DNA of 63,046 nt, filler included, from Neoconidiobolus thromboides FSU 785 (Eukaryota > Fungi > Entomophthoromycota): assembly GCA_025603075.1 (NCBI GenBank). It is 10 parts of 10 records of this genome, joined end to end, with 100 filler letters (N's around TTAATTAATTAA, not from the genome) between each part and the next. Parts side by side here need not be neighbours in the genome. Positions count along the whole stretch, not along the records: positions 14,038 to 33,016 come from MU626564.1; positions 33,117 to 34,832 come from MU626924.1; positions 34,933 to 39,914 come from MU626767.1; 7 more parts are not named here. The stretch is one strand, 5' to 3'. Within the stretch, counting starts at the first letter, position 1. Each line of letters starts with the position of its first letter. Positions 23,674-36,951 of this stretch are shown here, piece after piece. Below the pieces are notes generated by a model. It was not told the DNA's origin. It saw only the letters and a program-made list of their open reading frames with translations, and made no database searches. The translations under genes were made by a program, and so were the position numbers.

Positions 23674-24810
23674 ATGTATACCTTACCTTTATTACTCCTT
23701 TCTATCTATTTCCCTAGCATCCAATGTCAGCGTCGATTCAATGGAGAATATCGTCCAGGATTAAGTAAAAATAGTATATTATCTAACGTTACTACACCTA
23801 CTTTTTCCACACGTGCTGCACAACTCATATTTGAAGATAACTTTGATACCTTTAATTTAAAAAATTGGCGTCATGACATTACTTTAGGTGGTGGCGGTAA
23901 TTGGGAATTTCAACATTATACTAACAATCGTACCTCTAGTTATGTTAAAAATGGGGCCTTACATATACGTCCAGTATTGACTAGTGATACTATTGGAGAA
24001 GCGGCTGTAATGAATGGTGGTAATATGGATATTTGGGGTAATTCACCTAATTATCAATGTACTGGAAATGCGTTTTATGGATGTCAACGTAGTTCTAATG
24101 GTCAAAATATCATTAATCCAATTCAATCCGCATTGATAAGATCCAGTAATAAATTCTCTTTTACTTATGGGAAAGTAGAAGTGAGAGCTAAATTACCAAA
24201 AGGGGATTGGATTTGGCCTGCTATTTGGATGTTACCTGCTGATCATGCTTATGGCAATTGGCCAGCTTCGGGTGAAATTGATATTATGGAAGCTAGAGGT
24301 AATGATAATAATTATGGGGCTGGTGGCAGAAATCAAGTAGCTACCACTCTTCATTGGGGTCCTAGTTGGGACTTCAATAAATATACTATGACCACGGCTA
24401 GTTATAAGTTACCTAATGGACAAAGCTTTTCAGATGATTTTCATACTTATACATTAGAATGGAACCCAACTTCGATTGTTTCTAGAGTAGATAACAACAT
24501 TGTACTAAATTTACCTATTCAAAATTCCTTTTGGAGTAAAGGCCAATTTCCTGGAAGTTTAAATAATCCATGGCAAAATCAACCTAATTCAGCACCATTT
24601 AATCAAGAATTTTATTTAATATTTAATGTAGCTGTTGGCGGTACCAATGGCTATTTCCCAGAAGGTGTAGGTAATAAACCTTGGTCTAATCAATCTCCTA
24701 CTGCTGCCAAAGATTTTTATTCTCAAAAGAATAGTTGGTATAATACTTGGCCTAATGATGATTCAAGAGCTTTACAAATTGATTATGTTAGAGTTTGGTC
24801 TCAAGCTTAA
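23674..24810 (+). CDS. Secreted GH16 beta-1,3-glucanase / beta-glucan-binding protein
   Basis: Signal peptide; LIFEDNFD, GGGNWEFQHY, GKVEVRAKLPKGDWIWPAIWMLP, catalytic SGEIDIME, PFNQEFYLIFNVAVGG, IDYVRVW. Confidence 0.93.
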   Translation: MYTLPLLLLSIYFPSIQCQRRFNGEYRPGLSKNSILSNVTTPTFSTRAAQLIFEDNFDTFNLKNWRHDITLGGGGNWEFQHYTNNRTSSYVKNGALHIRPVLTSDTIGEAAVMNGGNMDIWGNSPNYQCTGNAFYGCQRSSNGQNIINPIQSALIRSSNKFSFTYGKVEVRAKLPKGDWIWPAIWMLPADHAYGNWPASGEIDIMEARGNDNNYGAGGRNQVATTLHWGPSWDFNKYTMTTASYKLPNGQSFSDDFHTYTLEWNPTSIVSRVDNNIVLNLPIQNSFWSKGQFPGSLNNPWQNQPNSAPFNQEFYLIFNVAVGGTNGYFPEGVGNKPWSNQSPTAAKDFYSQKNSWYNTWPNDDSRALQIDYVRVWSQA

Positions 24811-25954
24811 TAAGTTGAATTCTTTTAGTATTGTAAAATATTTTAATTAAAAAAATTAGTTGAATTTGATTTAATTTCATAATTTGTTTGTTTTTAATAG
24901 TTTTATTTATTATTTTTATATTTTAAATAATCATACAATTATCTTTATAGTTGATAAATTATTATAACTCTATCTATTGTAAACTATAAGTAGACTCCAA
25001 CTTCGCTCAATCCATAACAACTACTTACACCTAACCCTTTACTTGTTCAACCTAAACTTAAGTTGATTCTATTATCTTTTCTACATCTTTGACTCTTTGA
25101 TTTTAATTGTTTTATGAAGAAATATAGGATATAAATAGGGATACAAATTCAATTAATAGTAGCTTATAATAGAATGTTAATGATAGCTAGGTTGTCATTA
25201 TTAAAAAGAGTAGCTTTAATTCAGTAGATCAAATACACTTTTTATTCTTTTATTACTAGTTCAATTATTATTCTTGTTCTTTACTGAAGGTTGAGAGATT
25301 AAAGAGAATGTGATAATTAAATGTATTGGCTGTTTTAAGGTTACTGTAGAAATAAGAACATCAAATAGTAATCAATGTTGTTATCAGCTCAATTATATCT
25401 TATCCTTAAATCTTTAGCATCGCTTTATTAACTAACAGTTACTATTGACTCTTTTTGAGCTTCTATACAAAAGTAAAGGTATTGTAAAGTATGATCTATG
25501 AACTTTTCATTTCATCATTAATAATTGTACTATCACTGAAGGAACAAATTAAAATGTTAATGTTTGATTATTGCAGCTTTCAATCTCAACTTTCTTTTTA
25601 CTAATAATCTATAAAATTAAACTTGTAGTCAATACAATAAACCCTTATCAAATATCACTGTCGTTGCAGCCATTTTGCGACATAATGAACTACTCATTTG
25701 AAATAAAATTGTTGAAATTCAGCTAAAATATAAGGATTGGGTTTTAAAAAATTGGCTGGCTATATGAATAATTTAATTATAAAGATACTAAAAAAGTCGC
25801 AAAAAAGTTGCAACTATATCGTCTAAAAATCAATTAAAAATTAAAAATCAAAAAATAATTAGCCTTTAATCGTTTTTATTTTTTTAAAAAAGCCAAGCTA
25901 AAAATTGATAAAATATAAGACTTAATCTGGTAAAAATAAAATTTCCAATTCTTC

Positions 25955-28380
25955 TTAATCCTCCTTTTGTACTTTAAAAACAGTTTGTTTTTTAGAACTA
26001 AATCTATCATTAAAATTTTCATCACAATCAATATCAGCATTAATACAAATATCATTATTATCTCCTGAGTTTCTCTCCACCTTAAGTGCCATATCACTTT
26101 CAGACTTCTTGTTATGGATATTTTCATTACTCATAAGATAAGGTCTTGCATATCTGTTAATCCAAGAAAAAATTTCTTTATGCCATCTTAATGAATTTTG
26201 AGGTTTAAGTACCCAATGGTTTTCATCTGGGAAATATAATAATCTAGAAGGCACACCTCTTCTTTGAAGGGCAGTAAAAGCAGATAAACCTTGGTCAATA
26301 GTTAAACGATAATCTTTTTGAGAATGAATAATAAGAGTAGGTGTAGACCATTTCCAAACATAACTTGAAGGTGAAAACTTGGTATAAGTTTCTGGATTTT
26401 CCCAAGGTTTACCAGCAAAGTCATGTTCATTAAAATATAATTCATCCGTTGAATAATAAGCAGAAACGGCATCAAACATACCATCGTGATTAACTAAACA
26501 ACGGAATCGATCTGTATGTCCATTTAACCAATTAATCATATAACCACCATAAGAAGCCCCCAAAGCACAAGCACGTGATCCATCAATATAATTGTAATTT
26601 TCTAATACATAATTTAAACCTAACATTAAATCCTCAAAGGGAGCACCACCCCAATCTCCTTTAATGGCATCTGTAAAGTTTTGACCATAGCCTGTAGAAC
26701 CAGTTGGATTAATCATTACTGTTGCATAGCCTTGTTGAGCAAATACTTGAGGATTCCAACGATAAGACCATTGATTTAACCAAGCTCCTTGAGGACCCCC
26801 ATGAATTAAAAAAGCTAAAGGGTATTTTCTCCAATATCGATGTTCTTTTGGTGGTATAATAAAACCATGAACTTTTTTATTATTTTTACCTTCAAAAAAG
26901 AAACTTTGTTGTTCTTGTAATTCATAAGGTTTTAATAAATCTTTATGAATATTACTTTGTTGAATTAATTTATAATAATTATCGATTTCCATTGTGTAGA
27001 ATTCATAAGGTTGTTGAAAGGAGCTTAATTTTAATAATAATATATCCTCTTTTAATAATTGTACTTCACTGACTGAATCATATTTATTCATTCTTCTCAC
27101 TTTATTGGATTTAATATCAATTATATACAATTTATTGATACCAATATCATTTGCTGTTACTATAAATTTATTACTTTCATCATTCCATAGTAAACTATTA
27201 GGAGATCGATCCCAATAACTTAAATCTACTTTATTAACCTGTTGAGTTGATATATCATACCAATGAATATGATTTTTATCACTTTCATAAATATTATTCT
27301 AATTAACATATATATTAATATTATGTTATAGTTTTATTATTATATTAAACATACCTTCATTTGTAACCAAGCAATTTTTTTACCATCTTTTGAAAATTTA
27401 GGGAAAGAAGCAGCTCCAGTAAAAGGTTTATTGAGTGGTTTAGGAGTATTACGGAAACTAGTGCTATCTAATTGTAATAAATAAATTCCTTGAGTAGTTG
27501 TAGTTGCTTTTTCATTTCCTGATATTTTAGAAGTAAACACAAGCCATTTGCCATCTGGAGATATATCATAATCATTATTATCACCAAATGGAAGTACTGG
27601 TGATTCCTATAATTAAAATAATTTAATTATTAATTTACTTAATTATTGTTTATATTAATTTTTTATTACCAAGTCTGTATATTTTAACAAATTTTTTGGT
27701 GAGCCTTTGACTTCCCATTTATTAATACCTTTTTTATTGTCAATCTTATCATTCTTGTTTATATCTAAAGAATATAATTGTTGATATTGATTAGGTAAAA
27801 TAAATTGATCCCAATGTCTAACAAATAATTTATCAAATAAAATACCATCATCTCCAAATCGATGACTATTTGTATTGACCTTATTTTTAGCACTAAATAT
27901 CATTTTATCTTTTTTAATATTATATTGAATATTACTAATATCAACTAATTCTTTAAATTTATAAAGCGTAGAAGTCTCAAATTCTTTAACATCAATATCT
28001 TTTAAATCTTTAGGTAAAGTTATTGTAATTAATTCATCATCTACTACACAAACTAAACTTTCATGATCTAACCAAGTCATTGGGGCATTACCAATACTAG
28101 TTGAAAGCTGTTTATCAATATATTTAGTAATATTATAAGTGGAACTCTTTTTAGGACTATCAGAATGACCAAACTCTAATATAAAACTATTCCATATATT
28201 CTTTTTTTGATAGATAGAGTAGGTAGATGTAAAATAAATAGCTCTCTCTTTGTCTGGACTAATAACTAATTCACTAGGACGAGGAAGGGTAATTAAGTCT
28301 TCATAAGTAAATTGTTCATAGCCATAATTCAATTGTAATAAGTAAACGTTAATATATATTATTAACTGAAATAATAACAT
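25955..28380 (-). CDS. Secreted S9 dipeptidyl peptidase (DPP5-like), 3 exons
   Basis: Exons 28380-27670, 27606-27355 and 27298-25955 splice in frame. Motifs FVRHWD, ESPVLPFG..DYDISPDG, YESD, IHGGPQGAW, GASYGG (Ser), DYR (Asp), ENHW (His). Confidence 0.92.
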
Positions 28381-29605
28381 TTTTATTTTTTTGCTTTTAA
28401 AAAATTCAAAAAAAAAGAAACTTGATTTCTTTTATAATGATTTGCAATTTTTCTGTTTGATACGTCATCAACTTTTATTCAATTTATTGATTTAATATCT
28501 TAGACTTCCTATTGGTTCAATTTCTTCTCCGTTTTAATCATAAAACCCCTTTTTATTGTTAAAATTCGATTTCTCCCTTAATCCAGGATTCAATTATTTC
28601 AAATGATGACTCAATCTTAAAAATTCGTTTATTTTTCTCCGTATTTTTTACAATTGGATGACGTTTTATTTTAATATTCAAGGTTTTTTATAACTATCCT
28701 GAATTATTATTACAGAATTTAATCATTTTATAGTAGTTGTTTATATTATATAGACTTTTAGTTTGTTGTATGTTTTACAGCAAGTTTCTACCATATTATA
28801 ATTGTAACATCTGTAACACCATCTTGTATCATAAGGTTATTTTTATAATGCAATCTTACACGTTAATTGATACAATGTTTCAATTAAACATTTATATTTT
28901 AATATGCGTTTTAGAAGTTTACTTTATTTATTCCTTTATAAATTGAACTTTTTTAACGTTAGCTATTATTAGAAATCATTATTTTTTAATTTTTTTATTG
29001 TTTCTATTTACTTGACCCCTTTAAGTTTAATATTACTTCTTTCCTCCCTTACTTTTTAATCCCTATTTAGTTATTCTATTGGGCTTTTACTTTATCTTTA
29101 TTCATTTGTATTTGCTTTTATATTGCAAAGTGATTAAGGTGGTGATTAAAATGGTGGTATGTAATATATAAACTTTGTTTCATTTAAGTCTTTTTTTTGG
29201 AAAATCTTGAACCCAGAAGGTTGAGTCTTTTATTAGATTATATTTAATTAATGGAAGAGCTCAGAAAACTATTTCTCTAAGGTTTCAATCTCTGAGGAGC
29301 TAAAGTTCAGCCTTTTGTTCCCCTTTATAGCTCACTGTTACAAGCTATAAATCATAACTACAAAATATAGTACAGTATGCGTTAAACAAAGTTAAAAGTG
29401 CATTTTAATCAGGATACGCAACTCTGAGTTGAAAACTATAAATACCTTAAATTTTCATGCTATAAACTCAACAAAATTCAATAATTTAATATTATAAAAT
29501 GATAAAAAAGCATTAGATATATTAACTAAGTTAAATTGTATTTTATTTCTATTAAATAAAGGTAATACAGAACTAAGAATTAAACTAATTCTTCACCTCA
29601 GCTTT

Positions 29606-31315
29606 CTACTCTTCCTCCTTATCATCAATTTTATCATCAAATTTTTGAGTGTTATGAACATCAATAGGTTTGATCATGAATATAGCCACGAGTAAACTTA
29701 AACCAGCTAAAGCACAAGAGATACCTGAAATAATCATTTGACCATCCCCATAACCTGCAATCACCTGCTCAAATTGTTGTTCTGGTAAGTCCCAAACATA
29801 ATTCATTTCATTTAATACTCTACTATAATCGATGTCATTGCCTTTTGTATATTTATTAATAAGTTGAGGTACCACTTGAGTCCAAATAGCACCACCAATA
29901 GTACCACCGACTGAACTACCAATACTTAAAACAAGTTGAGAAGTACTAGTTACAATAGCTACATCCTTTCTACTCACAGATCCTTGGTAAGCTACAATAA
30001 CACACATATCGACAATACCTTGTCCAATACCAGATAATGTTTGAGTCACATGAATTAATACATCACTTGAATGTGGAAATCTAGCTGGTATCATAGTACC
30101 TAATCCAATGCAATTGATAATAGCACCAACAATTAATAAATGTTTAAAGTTTGGCATCTTTTTGATTAATATACCAGTAACTAAACAAGCAACTAAATAA
30201 CCCATTTGATAACCTTTAAATAATAAAGAAGCACTGGTTGGATCTAACTTACGTGAAATCATAAAATATTGCGTAAAATACTGCCAATTTAAACCAGAAT
30301 CCATTCTAACAAAAAATATAATTAACATAGCACCTAAAGTAGTAGAATTTCTTAAAAATCGCATTGGAATTAGAGGATACTTTGAATATTTATATAGCCA
30401 TACTATTAAACCAACTAACAATAAACCACCAATCACCATTAAAGCTATCATACTAGGTGTATTCCAACCGTCCTCTTGGTCACCTGCCATAATTAAAGGT
30501 AACATAATACAAGATAAACTAACAACTAATAATATAAATCCAACCAAATCAAATTCATTAACAATCTTTTTGAGGCCGCTTTTTAAACCAAAATGTCTAA
30601 CACTTACAAAAGTAATAGTTTGTTTTTTAGCCTTATGCTGTAAATAAAACATCATCCCAAAGAATAATGCCACAAATGGACCAAATGCAATAGCAGGGAT
30701 TTTGTAACTCCATCTCCAATCTAAATTTTCTGAAATTGGAGTAATAGCATAAGAACCAATCCAATTACACAATACAAAAGGTACCATATCAACTGAATTA
30801 AAATTAACTCGATTAGCTAATGAAGTTAAATCTGCCATTAAAACTAATTTAATAATACTATATCCTGTACTCCCAATACTTTTAATAGTAGAAGCAAAAA
30901 CAAAAGTAGCAAAATTATTCGAGCAAAAGGAAATTATCAAACCAATGAAATAAAACATTAAACTAATAAAGAAGAGTTCCGTTCGTCCAAAATAGTCACT
31001 TAGTAAAGAAAATAAAGGAATGAAGATTATACCGATTAGTTCTGTTAATACTGACACTACACTAGTTAAAGCATTGGCTTTAAATTCTTCTAAGGCTATG
31101 TTAAGTAAACCAGTGTCAAGGTTTTGCTCGATACCAATAGCAAAGGTTATTAAGAAAATACCAAGATATAAAGTCCATAATTGATATTTACTAATGATAC
31201 CACGAACACTAGCTGTTCTTCTAGCACCTACTTCATTAGCTGTAAAATCAAGTTCATTTGCATCTTTGTTATTGGAATCAACTGCACTAAATTCTTCCCT
31301 TAATTTTTCGCTCAT
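29606..31315 (-). CDS. MFS siderophore-iron transporter (ARN/Sit1/MirB-like)
   Basis: ~14 hydrophobic segments; SDYFGRTE, ADLTSLANR, WRWSY, EFDLVG, YPLIPMRFL, GSSVGGTIGGAIWT typical of fungal siderophore transporters; ATCTGATAA upstream. Confidence 0.85.
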   Translation of the reverse strand: MSEKLREEFSAVDSNNKDANELDFTANEVGARRTASVRGIISKYQLWTLYLGIFLITFAIGIEQNLDTGLLNIALEEFKANALTSVVSVLTELIGIIFIPLFSLLSDYFGRTELFFISLMFYFIGLIISFCSNNFATFVFASTIKSIGSTGYSIIKLVLMADLTSLANRVNFNSVDMVPFVLCNWIGSYAITPISENLDWRWSYKIPAIAFGPFVALFFGMMFYLQHKAKKQTITFVSVRHFGLKSGLKKIVNEFDLVGFILLVVSLSCIMLPLIMAGDQEDGWNTPSMIALMVIGGLLLVGLIVWLYKYSKYPLIPMRFLRNSTTLGAMLIIFFVRMDSGLNWQYFTQYFMISRKLDPTSASLLFKGYQMGYLVACLVTGILIKKMPNFKHLLIVGAIINCIGLGTMIPARFPHSSDVLIHVTQTLSGIGQGIVDMCVIVAYQGSVSRKDVAIVTSTSQLVLSIGSSVGGTIGGAIWTQVVPQLINKYTKGNDIDYSRVLNEMNYVWDLPEQQFEQVIAGYGDGQMIISGISCALAGLSLLVAIFMIKPIDVHNTQKFDDKIDDKEEE

Positions 31316-31444
31316 GTTATGATTAAATTGATAATTACTTATTGATGAGGATATATTCTATTTATACACTTTTTTAAGTTGAATTCAATGTTCTATAATT
31401 GTTCAATTATATTTTATTATTTACAAAAAATTAGTATAAATTCC

Positions 31445-31455
31445 TTATCTGATAA
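31445..31455. promoter_or_regulatory. Paired GATA site TTATCTGATAA (ATCWGATAA SreA-type iron-repressor motif)
   Basis: Exact ATCTGATAA at 31447-31455, ~130 bp upstream of the transporter ATG; one-mismatch ATCTGATTA at 32013-32021. Confidence 0.7.
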
Positions 31456-32250
31456 TTCTATCGGTTATATTGATTTAGAAATATAATTAGTTTGTTTAAA
31501 TTGAAATTAAATAGTTATGGGATGGGCTTATACTAATACGACCAATTTTAAAAGACCACAATTTATATTTTGTAGTTTGGATATTTGAACTTATTAAAAA
31601 CCAAGAGGTACAAAAGACTGTCTGCCTTTATGCTGACAAATAAAACCAACCATATTATTTCAACTTAAAACCGCAAAAAATAAATTGTACAATTTGGATA
31701 AACATCATTTATTCGAAAGCACCGATATTTCTATATTAGTAAAAATCTATTTTCAATTAAATAGTGTGAAATTGAATATGACAAAACTAAAGTTTTTACA
31801 TTTTTAACAAGTAAATAGTGTACCCGTATATTATCGCTTCACCTAACGCCTTGTGCGATACCGCCGCATACCTTCACTAATTCTAGTATTAAAAATCCTG
31901 ACTAACTTTTCTTTCCATCCACTTTTCCTTTCAATTCAACATTTTCCTTAACAAATTACTAACATTTCAATATTGGACTAAAATTTTGTCAAAAGTATTT
32001 TCCGATCAATCAATCTGATTAGCAAAAGCTAAGAATTTCATCTCCCTTAGTTTTCTTATTCTAGGTAAAAAAGGAAAATTAGATAATATGCTTTTGAATC
32101 AATGGGGAAGGTGATTAAAACACCTAAGATTTAATAAAAGTTGATAAAGTTGTTCGTACTAAAATAAGTTTAATAATAATTAAAACAAAGTGAATATAGT
32201 AAACAATCTTGATAAAAATTACTAAAAATAAACATAACAAAACAATAAAC

Positions 32251-32328
32251 ATGTGGCGGTGTTTTTTTGGCTTCATTACTCTTTCCATCTTCTAAACACT
32301 ATTTAAACGAGAAAATTGTAAAATAAAT
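32251..32328 (+). mobile_element. Partial MITE-like copy (5' part)
   Basis: GGCGGTGTTTTTTTGGCTTCATTACTCTTTCCATCTTCTAAACACTATTTAAACGAGAAAATTG; right TIR absent. Confidence 0.65.
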
Positions 32329-32521
32329 TGCTTTTCAATAATAAATATACAAGAATATCTCTTTTCGTTTAAAAATTTTACTAATTAAGCTCAAAAAAGT
32401 TATTTATATATAGCTACTTATAAACTTAAAGTTATACAATACGTAGAAACCTACACTATTTATCCAGCTGGAATTTTTTTAGCTACTTAGTAGAGAATTA
32501 AAATTAAAATTAAAAATCAAA

Positions 32522-32625
32522 ATATGGGGCTGTTTTTTTGGCTTCATTACTTTTTCTCTTTTAAGCGCTATTTGAGCGGAAAATTTGTTAGTAAAAGTCT
32601 TAAACATAAAAATACATCCCCATAT
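32522..32625 (+). mobile_element. ~100-bp MITE-like element (near-consensus)
   Basis: ATAT-GGGGCTGTTTTTTTGG...AAAAATACATCCCC-ATAT. Confidence 0.9.
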
Positions 32626-32794
32626 TTTAAAAAAAATAAAAAATTAAAGTATAAAAAATTATAAATTATAAACATTAATTAAACTAATTATTAACATAAT
32701 AAAAACCAAACCAATGAAACTAAAATCATTTTATTGATTTAAATAAATAATATTGTTTTTCTATAAAAAAACCAGATCTATAATAAAAATAAAC

Positions 32795-32901
32795 ATATGG
32801 GGATGTATTTCTGTATTTAAGAATTTTACTAACAATTTTTCCACCCAAATAACACTTAAAAGATGGAAAAAGTAATGAAGCCAAAAAAAACAGCCCCATA
32901 T
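32795..32901 (-). mobile_element. ~100-bp MITE-like element (near-consensus)
   Basis: ATAT-GGGGATGTATTTCTG...AAAAAAAACAGCCCC-ATAT. Confidence 0.9.
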
Positions 32902-33116
32902 GGAGCTGTCCTAATTGGTTTCAGAATCTATTTAGAAATGAATCCAAATTTAAAATTTCAAGTTTGTGTCCAATATAACGGTTAAATCTAAAAAGCCTAA
33001 AATTAAATGTCTCTATNNNNNNNNNNNNNNNNNNNNNNNNNNNNNNNNNNNNNNNNNNNNTTAATTAATTAANNNNNNNNNNNNNNNNNNNNNNNNNNNN
33101 NNNNNNNNNNNNNNNN

Positions 33117-33220
33117 TGGGAGTGTTTTTTTTGACTTCATTATTTTTTCCATTTTTAAACGCTATTTAAGCGGAAAAAGTGGTAGTAAAATTCTTAAACA
33201 CAAAAATACATTCCCCATAT
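33117..33220 (+). mobile_element. ~100-bp MITE-like element at contig start
   Basis: TGGGAGTGTTTTTTTTG...AAAAATACATTCCCCATAT; a degenerate inverted partial copy follows at ~33221-33300. Confidence 0.85.
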
Positions 33221-34649
33221 ATTTTTTTGTTTGATTTTACTAACAAACATTCTACTCAAATAAAGCTTGAAAAATGGAAAAAGTGATAAAAGACACTTCC
33301 AAATAATGAAACAAATAGGACCATTCTTACCGAGATTTTACAATTCAACTTAAAAAATTTGGTTATTTATTTTAATTAATATTTTGTTTTACTTACACAA
33401 AATGCTCAAAATAATTTAAACAAAAATTTCGTTTGCTTGTATGCACTACCACTTTACTTTAAACATTCAAATTATTATAAAAGTTACAACTTGTTTTCAA
33501 TAAAATCTACTATCGATTCTAGCCAAACTACATACTATAACAATTTCACTTAACATAGTAACATTATATAATCACAAAACTGCTTTTACTAAAAATCAAA
33601 ACAGCAAATTAAATAAGGTCTCTGTTTTTACAGATAATCTTACCTATAAACTAAATATTAGAACAAGATATTATTATTTCACTAAATAGACTATCAGTAC
33701 CTTTAAAAGTAATTAACGAGGTTTCATTAAGCTAAAACTAGCATCAAAAAATATTAAGGTGTCAGTAAAGCTCAGAAGAGTTGAATTAGTTACCGAAGTA
33801 TTTGATTCTTGTAATAGAAAATATTGTTACTTTAAAAGTTTAATTACTATTTTGGATTTCTTGTTTATAGTTGCCTAAGATTGGACTTGGTAATTCCAAT
33901 TTTGGGTAAAAGTTATATAGTTTTTAAAAGTAATAAAATTTTGGAAACAATCATGCATTAAATTACCAATTTAAAAGTGATATTGATGGGCACCTCATTT
34001 TTAAACTCAAGTTTGTTTTTGAAATCTATATCACCAATATTAAAAGGTAAATACAAAATAACAATATATTCCTAGCTCGACATGTCGCTATCTTAGTCAT
34101 ATAGAGCTTTATTATAATAATCAAAATAAGCTGGTGGGATTTAGCACACCTTTCAAGTATTTACCATATAAAAATATACAAATACATCAATTATGGATAT
34201 TGTAAAAATTAAACAGCAAGAAATCAACACTACTCAATTGTAAATCAAATCAAAACGCCGCAAAAAATTCAAAAATTGAGTTAAAAATCGCATAATTCTA
34301 AATTAAGTAAATATTAGATCACTTGACTATAAAAATATTATTAAAATTTATTTAATAAACCACTATAATAAATATTAACATGTATTTGCAAATAACAAAT
34401 GACAAATAAAATCTTATGACATTTCTTATCAATATTAAATTGAACATTTGATTCCAAATAGTGGGTTGAATGGAGATGGTGGTTGAGTTGCATTGAAAAT
34501 TGAAATGTAATAAAAGGTCAATAATATATATATTAATATTGAAGACCAATGATATTAAGTAAAGTTAAGTAGATAGAAAATATAAATAGGAGTATATGTC
34601 GTTGAATTTATATTAAAAACCATTTATTTTGATTATTGTAATTTCAAAA

Positions 34650-34832
34650 ATGAAATTTTTTGCACTATCGTTAGTTTCAGTAATTAATTTTCAACTTTAC
34701 GTCTCAAAGTTAGCCCCTCTATACACAAATACAGACCCAATTCCTGGAAGTTATATCATAAATTTAAAAAAAGAATTACGTTCTAGCATAGAACTCCATT
34801 TAAATAAAGTACAACAATTGTTTATTGAAAGA
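34650..34832 (+). CDS. Subtilisin-like (S8) protease precursor, 5' fragment (signal + I9 prodomain start)
   Basis: MKFFALSLVSV... then LAPLYTNTDPIPGSYIINLKK, the APL..IPG.YIV.LK prodomain signature; truncated by contig end. Confidence 0.7.
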
Positions 34833-34932
34833 NNNNNNNNNNNNNNNNNNNNNNNNNNNNNNNNNNNNNNNNNNNNTTAATTAATTAANNNNNNNNNNNN
34901 NNNNNNNNNNNNNNNNNNNNNNNNNNNNNNNN

Positions 34933-35801
34933 TCAACACTCTCCTTCCAAAAATCATGGGCTGGTACGTCACCTGTGAATACAGTCATTTCTAAAGGATA
35001 TTCACTAGTTACTTTTACAGCATTTTTCAATAATGACTGTAATAAATCTTTATTAGCATCGCATTTATAGTCACCCCATTTTCCAGCTGGTTTCTTGACA
35101 GTCTGATCTTTAAGATCACTATTACTGTCCTTTTGGCAACAAATTGGTTTATTACAATTAGCTTCAGCACCAACAAAATAGTCTGGGTCGTAATGAAGAT
35201 CACTTAAATGCAATACGTATTTGAAATCTTTTGACTCTTTTTCTTTAGCTTGAGGCTCTTTTTTTGCTGGTAAAGATAAAGGTGTGACTGGGATGTCTGG
35301 AAATGGGCATAGATCGCCTAATGAAACACAGGCAATCTGACGAACGTAGGGGTTTTTTCTATCAATTGAATTTAAGACATCATAAACTTCAGAACCAGTA
35401 GAACGAGCAATTCCTTCGCAAACTGACTTTGGTTGTTTAGTAGCAACTTGGCATAGACCGCCTATAGCAGAAACAACCGGTTTTTTTGTAAATGGAACAT
35501 GAGTGACAAGTGATAAAGCACCAACCCCTACTTGACAAGCTTTACATTTTAACTTATCCCCAGCTTCAACATAAAGACCTGATAGAACCATGAATATTTT
35601 ATCAACAATGCTACTACGAGAATTGCCACCATTTTCTTGAATTTCTTTTACCGCTTGGTTGACTTGTGTTTCCCATTCGCTAAAGGCAGTCTCATTTTTC
35701 AATTCGAATATGTAATCAATAGGATCAACTCCACTCCCGCTTTCTTGGGCTAAAATTAAGCTAATGCAGCTAAATGTTAAAATAGTTTCGAAAAATCTCA
35801 T
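34933..35801 (-). CDS. Acid sphingomyelinase-like metallophosphoesterase, 3'-truncated
   Basis: Signal peptide; saposin-B Cys pattern (CKAC...C...C...C...C); LHLSDLHYDPDY, CNKPICC, AGKWGDYKCD, FTGDVPAHDFW. Confidence 0.92.
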
Positions 35802-36951
35802 ATTAAAAAATTAATAAATCAAAAATTCATAGCATAATACTTCTGTTTCATCTCGTGTTTATATAGTCCAAGCATTTAAATGTTACCTTGTTCTATGTTT
35901 ATGCAAAATGAAAATTGAACAGTTTAATCACAATTACATTTTTAAAAATATCTTGTATTATTTCAAAGTCCCAGGTTTTTTATTATTCTCATAATATCAA
36001 TGTTTTTCAGTTAATCATTTTATTTTGAAAGACCATATGCTTTTTGATAGTTGTATGTTTGTTTTTATTCCCTTTTGTAGAAGTTAATATACTATACTTA
36101 CCAGTATGTAAAATATGCACTATTATAATGTCCATTTTGGATAATAGTTAGTTCTTAAGCCACTTTTGATTTTACTAAATTATATGGCCTAAAGAATTAT
36201 AAGAATTCAATAGTAAGACAATAAAGTATACGCCCTTTTATTTTGACGAAAAATTACTATAATTGCATTAATGAATAATATTACATATATATATCTTGTC
36301 TTGATAAAAAAAATCTTCTCTGGTTTATTTGGTATCTGTATAAACCTTTTTCCGCAATTATTTATATTATTTACTATATTTTTCAAATCTGCTATAAACT
36401 TTAAATATATTATTCTTCAAAAATATTCTTTTTACTGTATTTGTTTTACTTATGAAGCTATATTTTTATTGAAAAACAACGCTTCCAAGCCTTATTTGTT
36501 GTTACACAATAGAAAATCTCTGTAAATATTATACATATTCATTTTAATTCTCAATAAACAAAATTCAATTGAAAATCATCACTGCTTTTGGAAATTTTGT
36601 ACGTGTCATAAACTTTCAAAGTTATTGGCTAGTAAATTAATTATTAATTTAGCAATGATTAAAGAAATCAAACACAAAACGGTTGATTATCATTACTTTT
36701 AATAGCTTTAGAGCACCTGCTTCAAAATTTTCACAACTTTAGATACTGAGTCTAAATACTTTGAAGATAACATTACTTACCTTTTCTTGAAAATGTATCA
36801 TCCTTTGCATTATATTTAATTTTAAAATGAATTATGCTTACCTTTAACATCCAAAGCAAAGATGATTTTATTACACTGAAATACAATTAAAAAATTAAGA
36901 TTTAACATATGACATTTTAATGATAAAAACAGAATGAAGAAATAAAAACGT

